A stretch of 53,281 nucleotides of DNA, filler included, from Streblomastix strix (GCA_008636045.1; 2 parts of 2 records of this genome joined end to end with filler, not necessarily neighbours in it); one strand, 5' to 3'; counted from the first letter of the whole stretch, positions 26,325 through 40,017 are shown. Notes: a model not told the origin generated them from the letters alone. A program made the numbers and translations.

Positions 26325-26600
26325 ATGTAAGTTGCAGAAAATAAAAAGCATTTCATTATATCTGCAGATCTTACATAAAATGAATAGCATTCATTCCAAA
26401 GAAGATTACCTGTAGATTTCGTAAATTCATAGAATGAAAGAAAAATATTGTTTGTTTAATTTACAATTCCATGGAAAGTTAAGAAATGTTTCTATGATTT
26501 GAATTAATAAGAAGATCATGAAACAACTCCTATTTAATATATGAAGATATCATTTCATTCAACATTAGTTTAAGAAGAATAATATAATGAATAATATGTT
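26325..26600 (+). CDS. Putative minor capsid (penton-like) protein, N-terminal part only, cut by the gap
   Basis: MQVAENKKHFIISADLTQNEQHSFQRRLPVDFVNSQNERKILFVQFTIPW resembles the F-x-I-S...F-x3-LP...V-x-F-x-IP start of Polinton/PLV pentons; it follows the putative MCP. Confidence 0.4.
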
Positions 26601-26700
26601 NNNNNNNNNNNNNNNNNNNNNNNNNNNNNNNNNNNNNNNNNNNNTTAATTAATTAANNNNNNNNNNNNNNNNNNNNNNNNNNNNNNNNNNNNNNNNNNNN
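26601..26700. other. Assembly gap / contig spacer: 44 N + TTAATTAATTAA + 44 N
   Basis: Symmetric N runs around a linker that has standard-code stops in all six frames; artificial. Confidence 0.95.
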
Positions 26701-29700
26701 ACAGAAGAAGTGAATCAAGAGAACGATCAAGATCAAGAGTTTTTTCAAGATCTAAAGACTACTAAGATCCGATAGAAACTAGAATGGATGTTGATAGGAA
26801 TTAAAATGGATTTGAAACTAGAAACGAACCAAGAGGCAGAGCACGAGGAGCATATAGATGAAAGGAATATAGTTATTAAGGAAGGGGATAGAACTATTAA
26901 GACAGAGATCAATCGAATTAGGAAAGATATAGAGAAGCATAGAAGTATAACCCATATACAAAATAGATCTTCAGTCAGACTAAGAATCCAATAAACTGAA
27001 ACAGGAAGCACTAATATGATAATAGGAATTGATGAAAAGGCTTGGTCGAAAATCCAAATGACGTGCGGATAAAACGCACACAGGTGCAGAAAGATACACT
27101 TGAACACCATAGTGACAAAGACTCAACCTGGACAGAAGATGTAACCGTTAACACTTGGTAGCAACAGCACAACCCAAATAGCTTGTTCAACAAACACAAC
27201 GAATATAATAGGTACAAGTAATACCAAAATAATAGACCCTAGTTCAAATACCAAGATAAAGAAAGGGAGAAAAGACTAACCACCGAATCAAGATGACATT
27301 GACGAATAAGAAATAAAACAAGAAAGACTAGCTACCTTATAGAGAGAGAAGGAACAATACAATATATCTGATTCGGACAATGAGTTGCAACAAATAATTG
27401 AAGAAATAGATAATAACAATTTAGCACCCAAGTAAGCACAGAAATAATTATAGGAGATGATTTAACAATCAATCTTTAAATAAACAGCATAATTATAAAT
27501 ATATCAATAGATTGCTAATATTTAAGCTTAATAAAAGATAAATTTATCAACATAAAGGATGATTAGCACTAGAATGAACAAAGACAAACCTAGTAGCTAA
27601 ATACAAAGACCTGAAATACCAACTTAGGAAACTATTCATAGAGGAAGAGATAAATAAAGATAATAAAAAATGGAGAGAGAAGTATAAATGATACATGCAA
27701 GTTTACAGCTTTATCAATAATGATACAATACTCTCAACAACAAAAATGTTGATTTATACTGATATACAGGGAACTGTTGGATAGCTAACTGGTTTGTAGC
27801 CGAGTTCTGGTGCCCAGAACCCAGGCTTAAATGCAGGGCTGAAGCCAATTGAAGCGAGGTCAATATCGGCCAGTAATAGTAAAAGAACGGAATCTTAAAT
27901 GAATGAAGGTCATGACGATAATGCTGAAGATAAAGAAGACGAGTAAACCGTTAAAGCAACACTAATCCAAAACAAAGACTGTAGAGTTAATATAATCTCA
28001 TAGCCCCCAGTTTAGGAGAATCTGAGTTTATAATTATAAAATATTCAAGGCTTTAATGCTTTGAGTTAGATAAATAAAGATAATCGAGGCCCTGCACCAG
28101 TTGGAGTACAGGAGAAACCTAAGAAAGGGAAAGGTAGTAAATCAAAAATTTTAACAAAAAGCCTAATTGCCGTTAACGAACCAAGCTAGGGCAGCAATGC
28201 CCAAACTTCAACTTGAATAGCTTCCACAGTTCCAAAACCTAATGTTGCGCCAAAATGAAGTAGGTAAATAGCCGAATAAGTTAAACCCGAGTCAAAAAAT
28301 TCAAACGGTGAGGATAAATGGGAGTAGAGTCCCTTTTCTGACAAGTACACTCCAACCATGGGAGATCAACGTTAAAATCTCCCTATGGAACATAGAAGAC
28401 GAGGGCGCTTGTGAGGACAGCATTTCAGGAGATGGAGGAAAGGATTGGAGAATTGAAATATAAAGAAAAGGAGAATGGAACGGGAGGAAAAATTAAAGGA
28501 TTTTATATGCATGGAAACAGATAGGGAAAGAAGATTTCATAAACTCTGGATTTTTTCTGAGATTTAAAGATTAAACCAGTTAATAGAGATTAAAGGAAAA
28601 AGAAATGATAGTCCCATTTATTGGAACGAAAAAAGAGAAGGAAGCTTTCCAAGATATGTTGAAAGAAGAATTGGAAGAAGGAATAGTAATACCAATTTAA
28701 TAGGATCAAGTGAAATGGTGGAACCATACATTCCTGATAAACAAACTCAATAGGACATGGAGAAAAATTCTGGATGCTAGTAAGTTGAATAAGGAAATAG
28801 AGAATTTACACTTCAAGATGCTTGGACTAGGGGAAGTACAATACTTAGCAAACTAAATGGATTATGTAACATCCATCGACCTCAAATCAGCATTTCACCA
28901 CATCACAATATCTCCATACTCAATACCATACCTAGCATTTAATTTTAATAATAATAATTTCGCTTATAAAGCAGTGCCTTTTGGGACTAAAGACAGTCCA
29001 ATCTTCTTCGCAGAAGCAATAGAATCAATCCTTAGATAAATAAGAATACATTCAGAAATTAAAATTATGAACTACTGCGACGATATACTTCTAATCCATC
29101 AGGATAAACAAATTCTTAAAACACAAACAATAGAAATAATGAAAACACTGGAACAGTTCGGATGGACAATTTCAAAAGATAAATGCGAAATAGATTAGAA
29201 ATTGATAATAGCATTTATGGGATCGATAAAGAACCTGAAGGAAATTAATATATGAATGTCGGAATAAAGAAAGCTGAAAACGATACATGCATTGAAAGAG
29301 TTGTGTAACGCAATATATGTTAATATATACATAAAGATATGAAAACTAGTAGCGCTGATAGGTAAACTGAACTTCCATAGACTCCGGATAAGAGAAGCGT
29401 CTCTATATCTAGGAGAATTGGACAAGGCGAAGACGCAAACGTTAAAGACAAAATCTTAGGACGAAACGATGATAGTGAACAGGGGAATAATCAGAGAATT
29501 GAAATTGTGCATAAAGAGAATAGGGGATAACCAACCAAAGTCAGTGATTAATAAAATATTATCATGTATGATAACAACAGACTCATCACCACAGGGCTGG
29601 GGAGCGACACTGATATACGATAATCAAATAGAATTTATATAACATGACTTCTGGAGCGAAAATGAAGAAGAAATGACAAGTAACGCTAAAAAAATAAAAT

Positions 29701-29955
29701 ATATCTATTACAGGCTACTCCGTTTCGAGCAAGTCATCAAGATGAAGCAAGATCAGGCAATCTTGATACGTTCAGATAATACAACAGCAGTTTACGATAT
29801 TGGGAAATGGAAAGCGAAGGAATCCCTGAGAGGCAGAATAAAGCAAGTATTTTACCTAGTGAAAAGAATTTAACTACAAATTATAACAATCTATATCCCA
29901 GGAATATTGAACTCAACATCGGACTCACTCTCGAGACTGAGCAAATATGGGGGCT
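26701..29955 (+). mobile_element. Degenerate, truncated DIRS-like retrotransposon (gag-like low-complexity region plus RT-RNase H)
   Basis: Purine-rich upstream frames interrupted by TGA, then RT/RNH. No tyrosine recombinase or methyltransferase ORF seen downstream. Confidence 0.75.
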
Positions 29956-30002
29956 ATAATGTCCGCATTGCGATCTTCTTTTAAAATAGATGTAATGATT
30001 GA
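28482..30002 (+). pseudogene. DIRS1-type reverse transcriptase-RNase H
   Basis: GGKIK...WKQIG, WRKILDASKLN, SIDLKSAFHHI, VPFGTKDSPIFF, NYCDDILL, TTDSSPQGWGA, IRSDNTTAV and IPGILNSTSDSLSR. In-frame TGA near 29253 and 29340; the RNH Glu position reads K (SNAKKI). Confidence 0.85.
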
Positions 30003-30147
30003 AATTTTATAATAAAAAATAGTACAATATTAATTAATCAATTTTCTATAGGAGTTGTGAAATACATTTGATGAATTTTCTTTGATATTGATTTGAAATT
30101 AATTTAAATCAGGTTTTCCTTTGTAAATTTAAAAGATTATTTATTGA

Positions 30148-32055
30148 ATGATGGATAATCTTTGTAAACACGCAAATATATTATAATATAATAATAATCA
30201 AGATGAATATATGACCGAAAATGGAGAACTTAAGCTCGAAAATAATTTTTAAAATCTCGGCGCTGCCCATCTTAACATTGTAAATATTTCATCAAATCAT
30301 AATTAGTAATAAGATAAATAATTAGATAACAACAAAATTTCATAAAATTTAGATAATTTTACAGGTGAAATTCCCGATAGTTAAATTTTACTTTAATAAA
30401 TCAATTCACCACTTGAAATGCATGATAATATTAATAAAATTTGTACAATTAAATTGCAATCATCTTATTTAAACGATTAAATTTCATCAATATAAAATTC
30501 AACATCATAAACATAAAATATTAATAGTATTTTGAAAATTCTCCAATAAATATCTAATGAAAAAGTTTAAGATTTAAAATTATTATTGGCAAAATAACTT
30601 CATAAACATATAATTGATCTAGAAGATGACTAATTTGAAGTTGAGATTAATAAGGAAGTTTTCAATGAACTTAAATAATAGATTGGGTATATAACTAATG
30701 AAGTTTAATATGAGATTTTAACAATAACTGAAACAATTGCAAAAAGAGGTACTGAAGCTGATCTTGGATTAGATGAGAATAAATTTGTTGCTCATTTTCA
30801 ACAATCAGGGTTATCAAAAGCAATTGAAGATCTTTTTCTTCTCTAAATTTAATTATTGTAGAAAGGCAATTAAAAGCTTTGCAATTACTCTGAGATATTT
30901 CTTTCTCTGTTACAAACATTTGCGTTAATAAACCAAAATATCCAATTAGACAATAAATTATTAGACACAATATAATAGTTTTTCAGTGCATATTTATCCA
31001 ATCTAACAAACAATCTTGAAGCTTCATTTAAAGATATAAATACAAATGGTCAAATAATAAAAACATTAAATACTGAGATTGAGAAATAAATGATTGAAGG
31101 ATCTAGAATAATCAAAGCATTATAAGGAATCGCTTATTAAGAGAATAACAAATCAACATTTGTGAATGTATTCAAGATTCACATAATTCTCTCACGTTTG
31201 TTTCATATTCAATGTCCATAAGAACTGTAATGCCCAATGAACCTCAAAATTCCCAAGTCAAAAGCCATGTTTGAGCTCAAAGCAGCTGTTTTTAAGACAT
31301 TTGCTGAATTGATGAGAAGAGATGAAAGCTAATACATATAATAGAATTATTAAACATTGAAGCATATCGCTCCACTTATTATCTAATTCTCTAAAAATCA
31401 GTTAATTCAATAAGCATAAATTAGATAAATAAACTATTCATCATTTCAGTCCAATTAATCATTTTGCAATATGTCTTTGTCTATAACTACTTATTCTGTC
31501 TACTTGTTGGATTCGCTTCTATTTGAAAACATGAAACAATGCGAAGAGTCAGTAAACACCCCAGGACCAGTAAATGCACTTATTTAATTGACCAAATATG
31601 GGAAAAGAAGAACGGAAAATAAAATAAACAAATACGATGCAATGTATATAAGATAGTTAAGCAATGACTGCCTTGCCTGTATCAGACACTTTGGTGGGGA
31701 ATAAATGTGGAATCTTCTTATAATATAATATGGATTTATTTAAGCTTAAATTGAATGTGTGAGTATTTGTGGAGGATGTGAGGATGAATATATAATAGCG
31801 AATTAGATGAGACTGATGAATATCAAATACGCATTTGATGATCTGAGAAATGATATGGAAGATAAACAGATTAAATCTGATCTGGAGAAAGTTGAGGAAG
31901 AAATAATTGAAGAAGAAGGAGGATTGGAAGAAATCGATTCAAACAAGTTACATACCCAGCAATTAAAGGAAGACGGAATTTATTATTGGGCCAATTAAGC
32001 CATGGATTCTGTTTTAAATACTAAGAAAGATATCACGAACGAGGAAGATGAATGA
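30148..32055 (+). CDS. Hypothetical helical protein (~635 aa, intronless) with a C-terminal domain shared with the genes at 44101 and 52291
   Basis: Single TAR=Gln frame, ATG 30148 to TGA 32053. C-terminal part reads CLACIRHFGGEQ...SICGGCEDE...EEEIIEEEGGLEEIDS...WANQA. Confidence 0.7.
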
Positions 32056-32752
32056 AAAGAGTTAAAATTCATAAAAAATGTTCTAATAAAAATTTATTAA
32101 CTGAAATAATTATATTTCATCATTTGTGAATTAAATCAAAAATAAATCTTAAAAAAATATTAATTAAACTAATCTAAAATATGATGTTGTATTTTTTATC
32201 AAATGTCTAACTATTGAGTAAAAAAATAATAATTGAAGAAGTAAAAAAATAATAATTAAAGAAGTAAAAAAATAATAATTGAAGAAGTAAAAATAAGATA
32301 AACTTTTCAAAATTAAAATTGCTAATCCAAAGAAATTATTGAAAGAATAGAAATAGAAAACTATTATAAATTAAATATTAAAAACAAATTAAGAAATAAA
32401 TCAATATTTAAAAATTAATATAAATAAATATAGAAAAGAATTCCGAATAATTAAGATTAAAAATATAATAATTCATTATTAAATTTATTAAAATTAATAA
32501 TATCTAAAATTTAACTAATATTCGCAAAATATTGTTATGCTATTCCGTTTATGTTAAAAAAGATTAATGTTTATATCTAATATTAATAGATAAAAAATAA
32601 GAATTTAAATAAAAAATATTAGATTACTATGGAAGGAATTATATAGAAATTAATTAATATAATTAAGAAGAAAATTAATAATAGTGTAAGAATATAATAA
32701 AAAATCTAATTTAAATGAATAAAAATTAAATAAATTTAATAAAGATAATATC

Positions 32753-35700
32753 TCATTCATTAATTTTTAATTAATTATTAAAAAGATTGAACGGTGGATG
32801 TAAAGAATTAAATCTAATTTAATCAAATGTTTTCCTTATGCGGATTATAGCTTGTTTCAGATATTCTTTCTCAAATTCATCAGCAAAATCTTTACTCACG
32901 AAAAGAGAAGCTGATGAAGGAAGTGAAAAATCATCAAGATTCTGAATTAATTCACAATCTTTCTTTGTTAAGCGCTCTAACAGAAACAATGCAACGTTTC
33001 GATCATATTTAATATAATGAATTTGAAAAAGATCTTTGTAAAAGGAGACGCAATCACTTGATGAAGGAAGAATATTTTACAATTCTTTATAATTGATTAA
33101 ATTTTTAACTTTATCTCTTCTTCTTTGTTGAACTGTATCATTTGAATTAATGCTATCTTCTTAATTTTATTCAATCATTTTTTCTGCTAAGATGAATCGT
33201 TTATAAATTGAATGGTGGAATTTAATTAGTTGTTTAAGAATTTAACAATGATCAATTTTATGTGATTATTCTGTTAAAAGCTTAGGACTTAATTTATGCA
33301 TTATATTTTCTTCATCTGCAAAATGTGTAAGAATACGCAAAAGAAGAATGTCTTACATTAATTCGACTTTTCCGCTAAATTAACTTTCACCAATTAATAA
33401 ATTTAATCTTGATGATTTGATATTTTTCTCAAAATTACAGCTTAGTTAAGGTGAATATCTTTTCTTATCTTTGAAATATTGTAGGAATTGAATTCTCAGT
33501 TCATCCATTCTTTATGCAATCAAAGACATGGTTCTTGCAATCATTCTGTGAGCTTCATCAATTCGCGGTACATCCATCATCAACGTTTCATCAAATTTAA
33601 TTTCATCATGTGGTTAAATACGATTAGGAATTGATTTGACTATTTGTTTCATCCATTCAGTATATAGCGAGACTTCTTTCAAATTCGTTGGAATAGGCTT
33701 GAATATAACATAACAAACAACGGAAATTAATATAAATACGCCAATAAATATTCCTAATAGCATATTTGAAGCTAACGAATAGAAACTATTAAGATTATTC
33801 ATAAGATAATTGGCAATCTATTCTTGACCAAATATTAGATCGTTTTAAGTTGATTCTATAATATATCGAAAATTTTCATCTTGATATGACAAATCGCTTG
33901 GATTCTTGTTCATCAAATTTAAAACACTTTATTGGAATTTGTTCTGAAGAAATTCAAGTCCATCGAAAGGAAATTATAATCCAGGAATTCGGTCTGTGTT
34001 ATTGCATCGTGTTTCTCCATATTCTTCAGGTTCGTACATATTCTCATCTAAAAGCTCATCTGATGGAATAAGACAGTTAGTTTTATCTGTAATAATCTTA
34101 TTAATGAAAGTATCTTGATTTTGAGCTCGAGGACAATCAATCTTATCTGTAAGTGGATCTCCTGTTTTTCCATATTATTTCGATCCATACAAGAATATCG
34201 AGTTATATTAAGAATAAACATCATTTAACTTAAGAATTATATTTCTCATTTCTGAAGAATTAGTTCCATAACTATTATCATTAAAAATATATGAATGTAC
34301 AAATTATGGATGAAGAATAAGGTCAGGATTTGCAGCATTGTAGAATGTATTGGAAACATATAAAGAGCAGAAGCAGGATATAAGGATCATATTTTCTTAA
34401 TTAAGTTCGTTGATTATTATTTATCCAACTTTTTCATTAATTATATACATTTCTACTATTGATATAACAAAACTTGGAGATATAATTAATACCGTGATAA
34501 ATGTTCCAATAATAATTCGGATGTATATTTGAGTAGGAATTATTTAGGATGATTTCTTCAGTTATATTTCAACATCATCATCTCGTTGTTATGCTATTTA
34601 TTACTTTTCAAGTTCATCTATATCATCAGCATTTTCTGGTTCTTTATTATTCTATTTGTTATGAGAATCATTTTATTGATGAGAAGCTAACTTTTCAGAT
34701 TGAACTAACGCTTTTTTATGTTATTTAAGAGTATCAAATTAAAAGTTCCTTCTGTTTTTCGACAAATGTGTTCTTTCATAATCATGCTTATCTAGAATTT
34801 AAACATTGAATTTGAGTAATATTTCTTTCTTTTATTCAAAATTCAGTTCAGATTTTAATTATTTTGAAGAAAAATAGTTTTAGTTCTCTATTTAATTTTC
34901 CATTATTTAGTTTTATTAATCTAAAGAAGGTAGCATATTATTATTTTTCATATTTTTCATCAATTCATTTACAATTTCAGTAATTTAGTTTTCATTCATA
35001 TCTTTAGAGATGTTTTCATTTGATATTTCATCTTAAAATTTTATAAGTTATTAATTAGGTGAGTTATCTGCTGTAATTGGTATGCTTTATTACTGAATTT
35101 CATGATTTGAATATTGATCTGTTGACGACGCAGAAATTTATCTATGCGGGGAATTAATATTATTATGAACATCTTATTTTATATTATTCATATTATTAAC
35201 TTAGTTACTTTCTTCATTAAACCGATTATTAATGTTAACATTACCAAATTGATCTTCAAGTTTGTTGAATAGTAAACTTGATTTTTCAAAAGGGATTGTG
35301 CATAATTCGTGAATGCATTCTTTTCGAATCTTTTTTGATTTAACGATTTTGACTCTAAGTGTGTTTATGAGACCAATTAAAAGAATTACTGCACAAGCTA
35401 CTAAGCAAATTATATTAACAATTCTTCCATAATATGAATTTTGACTTACACGATCAATAGCAGAACTGCATAAACTTTTAAAGATCTCAGTTCCAACTAA
35501 TGGAACGTTGAATACTAATTATACAAGGTGCTTTTTCATTGTCAAGAATGGTGTTCTGATATCATTATCAATTGTGCTGATATTATTAAAGTCATCTACC
35601 ATTAACATGATAGAATTTTCAATCTATCCCACGAAATTTGGAAATGTCAATAATTCAACATTTGATTGTGTGATGTTGCATTATGGATTTGTTTATTTTA

Positions 35701-38700
35701 ATTCTTCTGATTCAAACTTAAGCTATATATTGTTCCATTCAATATTCTTTTCTTTTAATGTTGGATTATTATACCACCAAGTGAAAAGTTATTAGAAATC
35801 TTAATTAATTTAAAAGAGAGTTTAATTCAATGTGTTGTATGCAACATTATATACATGTTAATAATTGATATTAATTTAATCCTGCATTAATAATAATAAA
35901 ATAATTAAATAAATATTAAATTTCAATAAAAATATCAATAATATAAAATTAAATTTTTAAATATAATTCCTATATCATACATCATTATCAATGAGCAATA
36001 CATAGAACATATGATAAGTTAATACATCAAGTGCTTGACATATACTCTCGGCTATTTAAATAGCACGAATTCCTCCATGAGTTTAGTTAATTGAATCAGA
36101 GAAGCGATTAATTGTGAATATGTAAGCAAAAATGATTAGTGCCATGAATACGAATAATGATAAGTAGAGCAAAGAAACAATAATTTGCATTGATTTATCT
36201 GTGAGTTGCTTATCATCAATTGTACTTACATTCATTGTACTTTTTGGATCTCTATTAGAAGCATCCTTATATTACTGAAGGTATTGTTCAACCATTCCTC
36301 CATTCCCTTTAAACTTCTTTCTCACTAATGATGCCAGGAAATCATTTTATAACGTTTTTTATTCGTCCTGATTTCTGTAACTCTCTTAATTTCTTGGCGA
36401 TTGATCTTTTTGTTTGTCAAATGTTAGTTTATTACGTCGTATTCGCTCAGACAGTGCTAACACCTGCTCTTCAATGCGATCAGCCTCAGAAAACAGACAT
36501 TCAGATGCTTATGTATCATTGTATAGGTCTTTCACAAGCACAGATACGTGTCTCAGTATTGATGGGTTGTTTGGATGGTCATCAAGGAGCTTGAAATATG
36601 CTTCCAATGCTTTTAGGGTTTTGTCTGCTGCTCGCTCGAAATTGAACATTATTCGATCGACATCTACATTTCTTCTCATGATTAGTTGGACTGTCTGGAG
36701 TAAGTAAGCTTTTGCCAGTTCATAATTGGTTTATCCAAATTGCAGTCTTACTTGCATTGAATGTGCACTTTTGTGTTGAAATTAATATTTAATATAAATA
36801 TTATAATTAAAAAAAAATAATAATTAAAAAATAATTTAACTCTATTCAATTCAATTTTAGTAATAAAATTATTATATTTTCATACTTTTCAACTTATGAC
36901 GAAATACTTAATGCACCAAAACCAACTTTGACTTGGTTTTATTAATTCATATCTTCCTCCTCAATGTCCTTAAATACAATAAATAAATTATTAATATATA
37001 ATATAATATTTTAAATTAATAAAGAAAATAAAATAAAATTCATTCAATAATAACATCAATTCATATTTAATTACACACCCTCATCATTCTGAATATTATC
37101 CATCTGTTCGTCCATCCAGGAAACATCTGAGTCGCCCTTCGGAGCAAACTGATCACTTTATCTCGACTAGGTTTGAACTTCTGCATAAAAAGAGCTGCAG
37201 TTACATTCATTTCAGCTGAATATTCAAATTCGTTATCTTTCAGTGCTTTCAGCAAGACAGCTAAAGTGAAAGATCTAATCCTTGCATTCACTGATATCTC
37301 TTCCAACTGCATGTACCGCATCCCCTTTTCAAGCTCAGAAGGTGTTTTGAAGTCTTTAAACACTGAATGAACAACAGATGGTGTTGCAAGAAGAGGTGAA
37401 AGTGACCATTAAATGTTTGGATGCGAAATTCGGACAACACCAGATGGAAGGCGGTTATATAAAACTGGTTGGCTTTCTTTAATTGCAGAATTTCTGGGTG
37501 TTGAATTTTTAGACTGATTTCTTGGAGTTGATACTTTTGATTGAATTTTTGGTTGATTCACTTTTGGCTTTATTCCATTGGTAATGTTTTGTTTTTATTA
37601 TTCAATGGTTAATTAATTTTCTTTTTATTTAGGTTGAGATTAGCCTGATTTAGAAATTAAAGCTTAATTAGAATCAGATTTTACTATTATTTATTATTTA
37701 GGTTAAGATTATAATGTTGGAGATAATAATCTTTATTTGGATATTGATTTAACTATTACTTATTAATTAGGTTGAGATTATATTATTGGAGATAATAATC
37801 CTTATTTGGATATTGATTTAACTATTATTTATTAATTGGGCTAAGATTATATTGTTTGTGATAATAATCCTTATTTGGATATTGATTTAACTATAACTTA
37901 TTATTTAGGTTGAGATTATATTATTGGAGATAATAATCCTTATTTGGATATTGATTTAACTATTACTTATTAATTGGGCTAAGATTATATTGTTTGTGAT
38001 AATAATCCTTATTTGGATATTGATTTAACTATAACTTATTATTTAGGTTCAGATTATAATATTGGAGATAATAATCCTTATTTGGATATTGATTTAACTA
38101 TTACTTATTAATTAGGTTGAGATTATGATATTGGAGATAATAATCCTTATTTAGAAGTTGATCTTACTATTACTTATTAATTAGGCTAAGGTTATAATGT
38201 TGGAGATAATAATGCTTTTTTTGAAACTGATTTAACAATTCTTATTGGTTGTTGCTTTGGTTGAATTGCAACAGATTTGACTTTCTCAACATTTGAAGGT
38301 TATTTAATTAAAATTATATTCTGTAATTTGTTTTGTTTCAATGAATTGGGATTAAAACCATCATCAATTGTATTGTTAAATGATTTTAATGCAGGTGGCT
38401 CAATTGAATAAATTATTGATTAATTAATTTATTTCTTTATTAATAGGGCTCCAACAATAAATGGTCTTAATTTCACTATATTACAATTTCTTTCTTCTAT
38501 TAATGTTTTCTTTCGTAATTATTAATATGTTTTATATCTTTCAAGTTTATTAGGAGATTCCTGAATTAAAAATTAATTGATGTTTGAATTGATTGATTTT
38601 GCATTATTGTTTGATTATTAATAATCTTTTGTTTCAGATTCATTATTTGTTTAATTGATTTGATTTTTTGCATTTAAATTAATTTAAGGTTTCTATTAAT

Positions 38701-40017
38701 CAATCTTGCTAAGTCTGCATTATTAATGGTATATCACAGGATTAATATAGTTCATATTAATGCAATCATCTTCTTCTTTTGTTACATTATACCATTCATA
38801 TACTGGTTTAATTATCCATCTTTTTATAGCTGATTTCTTCGCTAGAATAAAACCAATCCATCCAAAAAGTATAACGAATCCAAACATTGATAAATATAAG
38901 ATCATATTAGCTCCAATAACCTATAGCCAACCAACTAATTTAATTCCCTTTTCTATGTTCAGATGTCCTAAATATGCCAATTTATTTAAACCTGATAGGC
39001 AGATTGATGTTATACCACCTGAAGATGCAATGAGTAATAATTCACTATGAACTTAGTTACCAAAAGTCATAATGTAAGGTTGATCCAATATTACATATAT
39101 ACCAAGACCAATGAATACAATAATCTGAATAATAGATGATGCAATTGGTGAGATCTCAACAATGAATGTTTATAAAACAACAGTCATTCCAGTGATTAGG
39201 AAACAAAATGATGAGAATATTCCTTTTCTTTAATCATTAACTTAAGGTTTCTCCAGATCTGTGTGGAATATGAAGAATGTGAATAGGCTTCCATAAATAA
39301 GGAGAATTATGATGAATATTAATCCAATAATAGTATAGATAATGCTGCTTGGTTTATAGTTGCAATGACTCAAATTCAGCGATGGATTTAAATCATCTTT
39401 ATTTTTACTTAATAAGCAAAGTATTGGTTTGGCCAATATTGAAAGCATTGGTGTTGATATTGCGTGTATCACAATTATGCAGAGAAGTTTAACTATACTC
39501 TGAAGTTCATCTGGAATCTTGGTCTCTTTGATAAATAGCAAGAATGCAGAAAAATGATGAGCAATTGTTAGTACTATAAGAGATGTAACAATTGCGTAAA
39601 TAACGATGAATGAAATATGTGATTGAAGATAGAATGATGGATCGAAGTAAAGTCTATATGAGATAAATAAGATCAATATTTTAATAATAAATAAATTAAT
39701 ATGGAAAATTAATGAATATTTCAAACCCAATAACTTTCAGAACGTAATTAAATCCAGTAAAACTAACATCTGATCGTTTGAGAGGAAGAAAATACCACTA
39801 GAACGTCTAAAGGATTAAAATACTGATATTGATTATATTTGAAAGTGAGCTACAATGCTAAGATGCACAAAAATAAGAAAAAAAAAGTGAAATAATAAGA
39901 AAAACAGTGAAATAATATTTCTTACCATCTTAATCGCATAGAAGAAGGAGAATAATCTGGTTAATAATAAAATAATGCAAAAATAAAACGAATGGATGTC
40001 TTTGGCATACTTTTCAT
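32753..40017 (-). CDS. Large multi-transmembrane protein (TmcB/TmcC-like architecture) with C-terminal hemerythrin domain; several introns; start may lie further upstream
   Basis: N-terminal TM bundle (~38800-39800), TPR-like block (RRATQMFPGWTNRWIIFRMMR; LLDDHPNNPSILRH), further TM hairpins (~36100, 35400, 34400, 33750). C-terminus has hemerythrin motifs IDEAH, HFADEE, HKIDH and HYIKYD; TGA at 32753. Confidence 0.7.
37670..38240 (-). repeat. 69-bp (23-aa) coding tandem repeat, ~8 copies
   Basis: GATAATAAT recurs at 37722, 37791, 37860, 37929, 37998, 38067, 38136 and 38205. The unit encodes about QPNQQVIVKSISKQGLLSPIIQS. Confidence 0.9.

Larger units (their letters stand above)
13437..26600 (+). 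mobile_element. Endogenous Polinton/Maverick-like (adintovirus-like) DNA virus, partly decayed; right part lost at the assembly gap; left end probably at ~12.1-13.4 kb
   Basis: Compact intronless co-oriented array: pPolB, rve integrase, small basic ORF, two fibre-like ORFs, amphipathic ORF, putative MCP and putative penton. Short AT-rich spacers separate the genes. Confidence 0.85.

Noticed and set aside
26645..26656. Palindromic TTAATTAATTAA between N runs
   Set aside because: Artificial six-frame-stop spacer, not biological sequence.
26325..30002. A composite element joining the Polinton-like virus with the DIRS-like RT
   Set aside because: The two are separated by an artificial spacer, so physical adjacency is unproven.
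32215..32295. Three copies of a ~24-bp AT-rich repeat (AAAAAATAATAATTGAAGAAGTA)
   Set aside because: Short intergenic minisatellite in very AT-rich DNA with no evidence of function.
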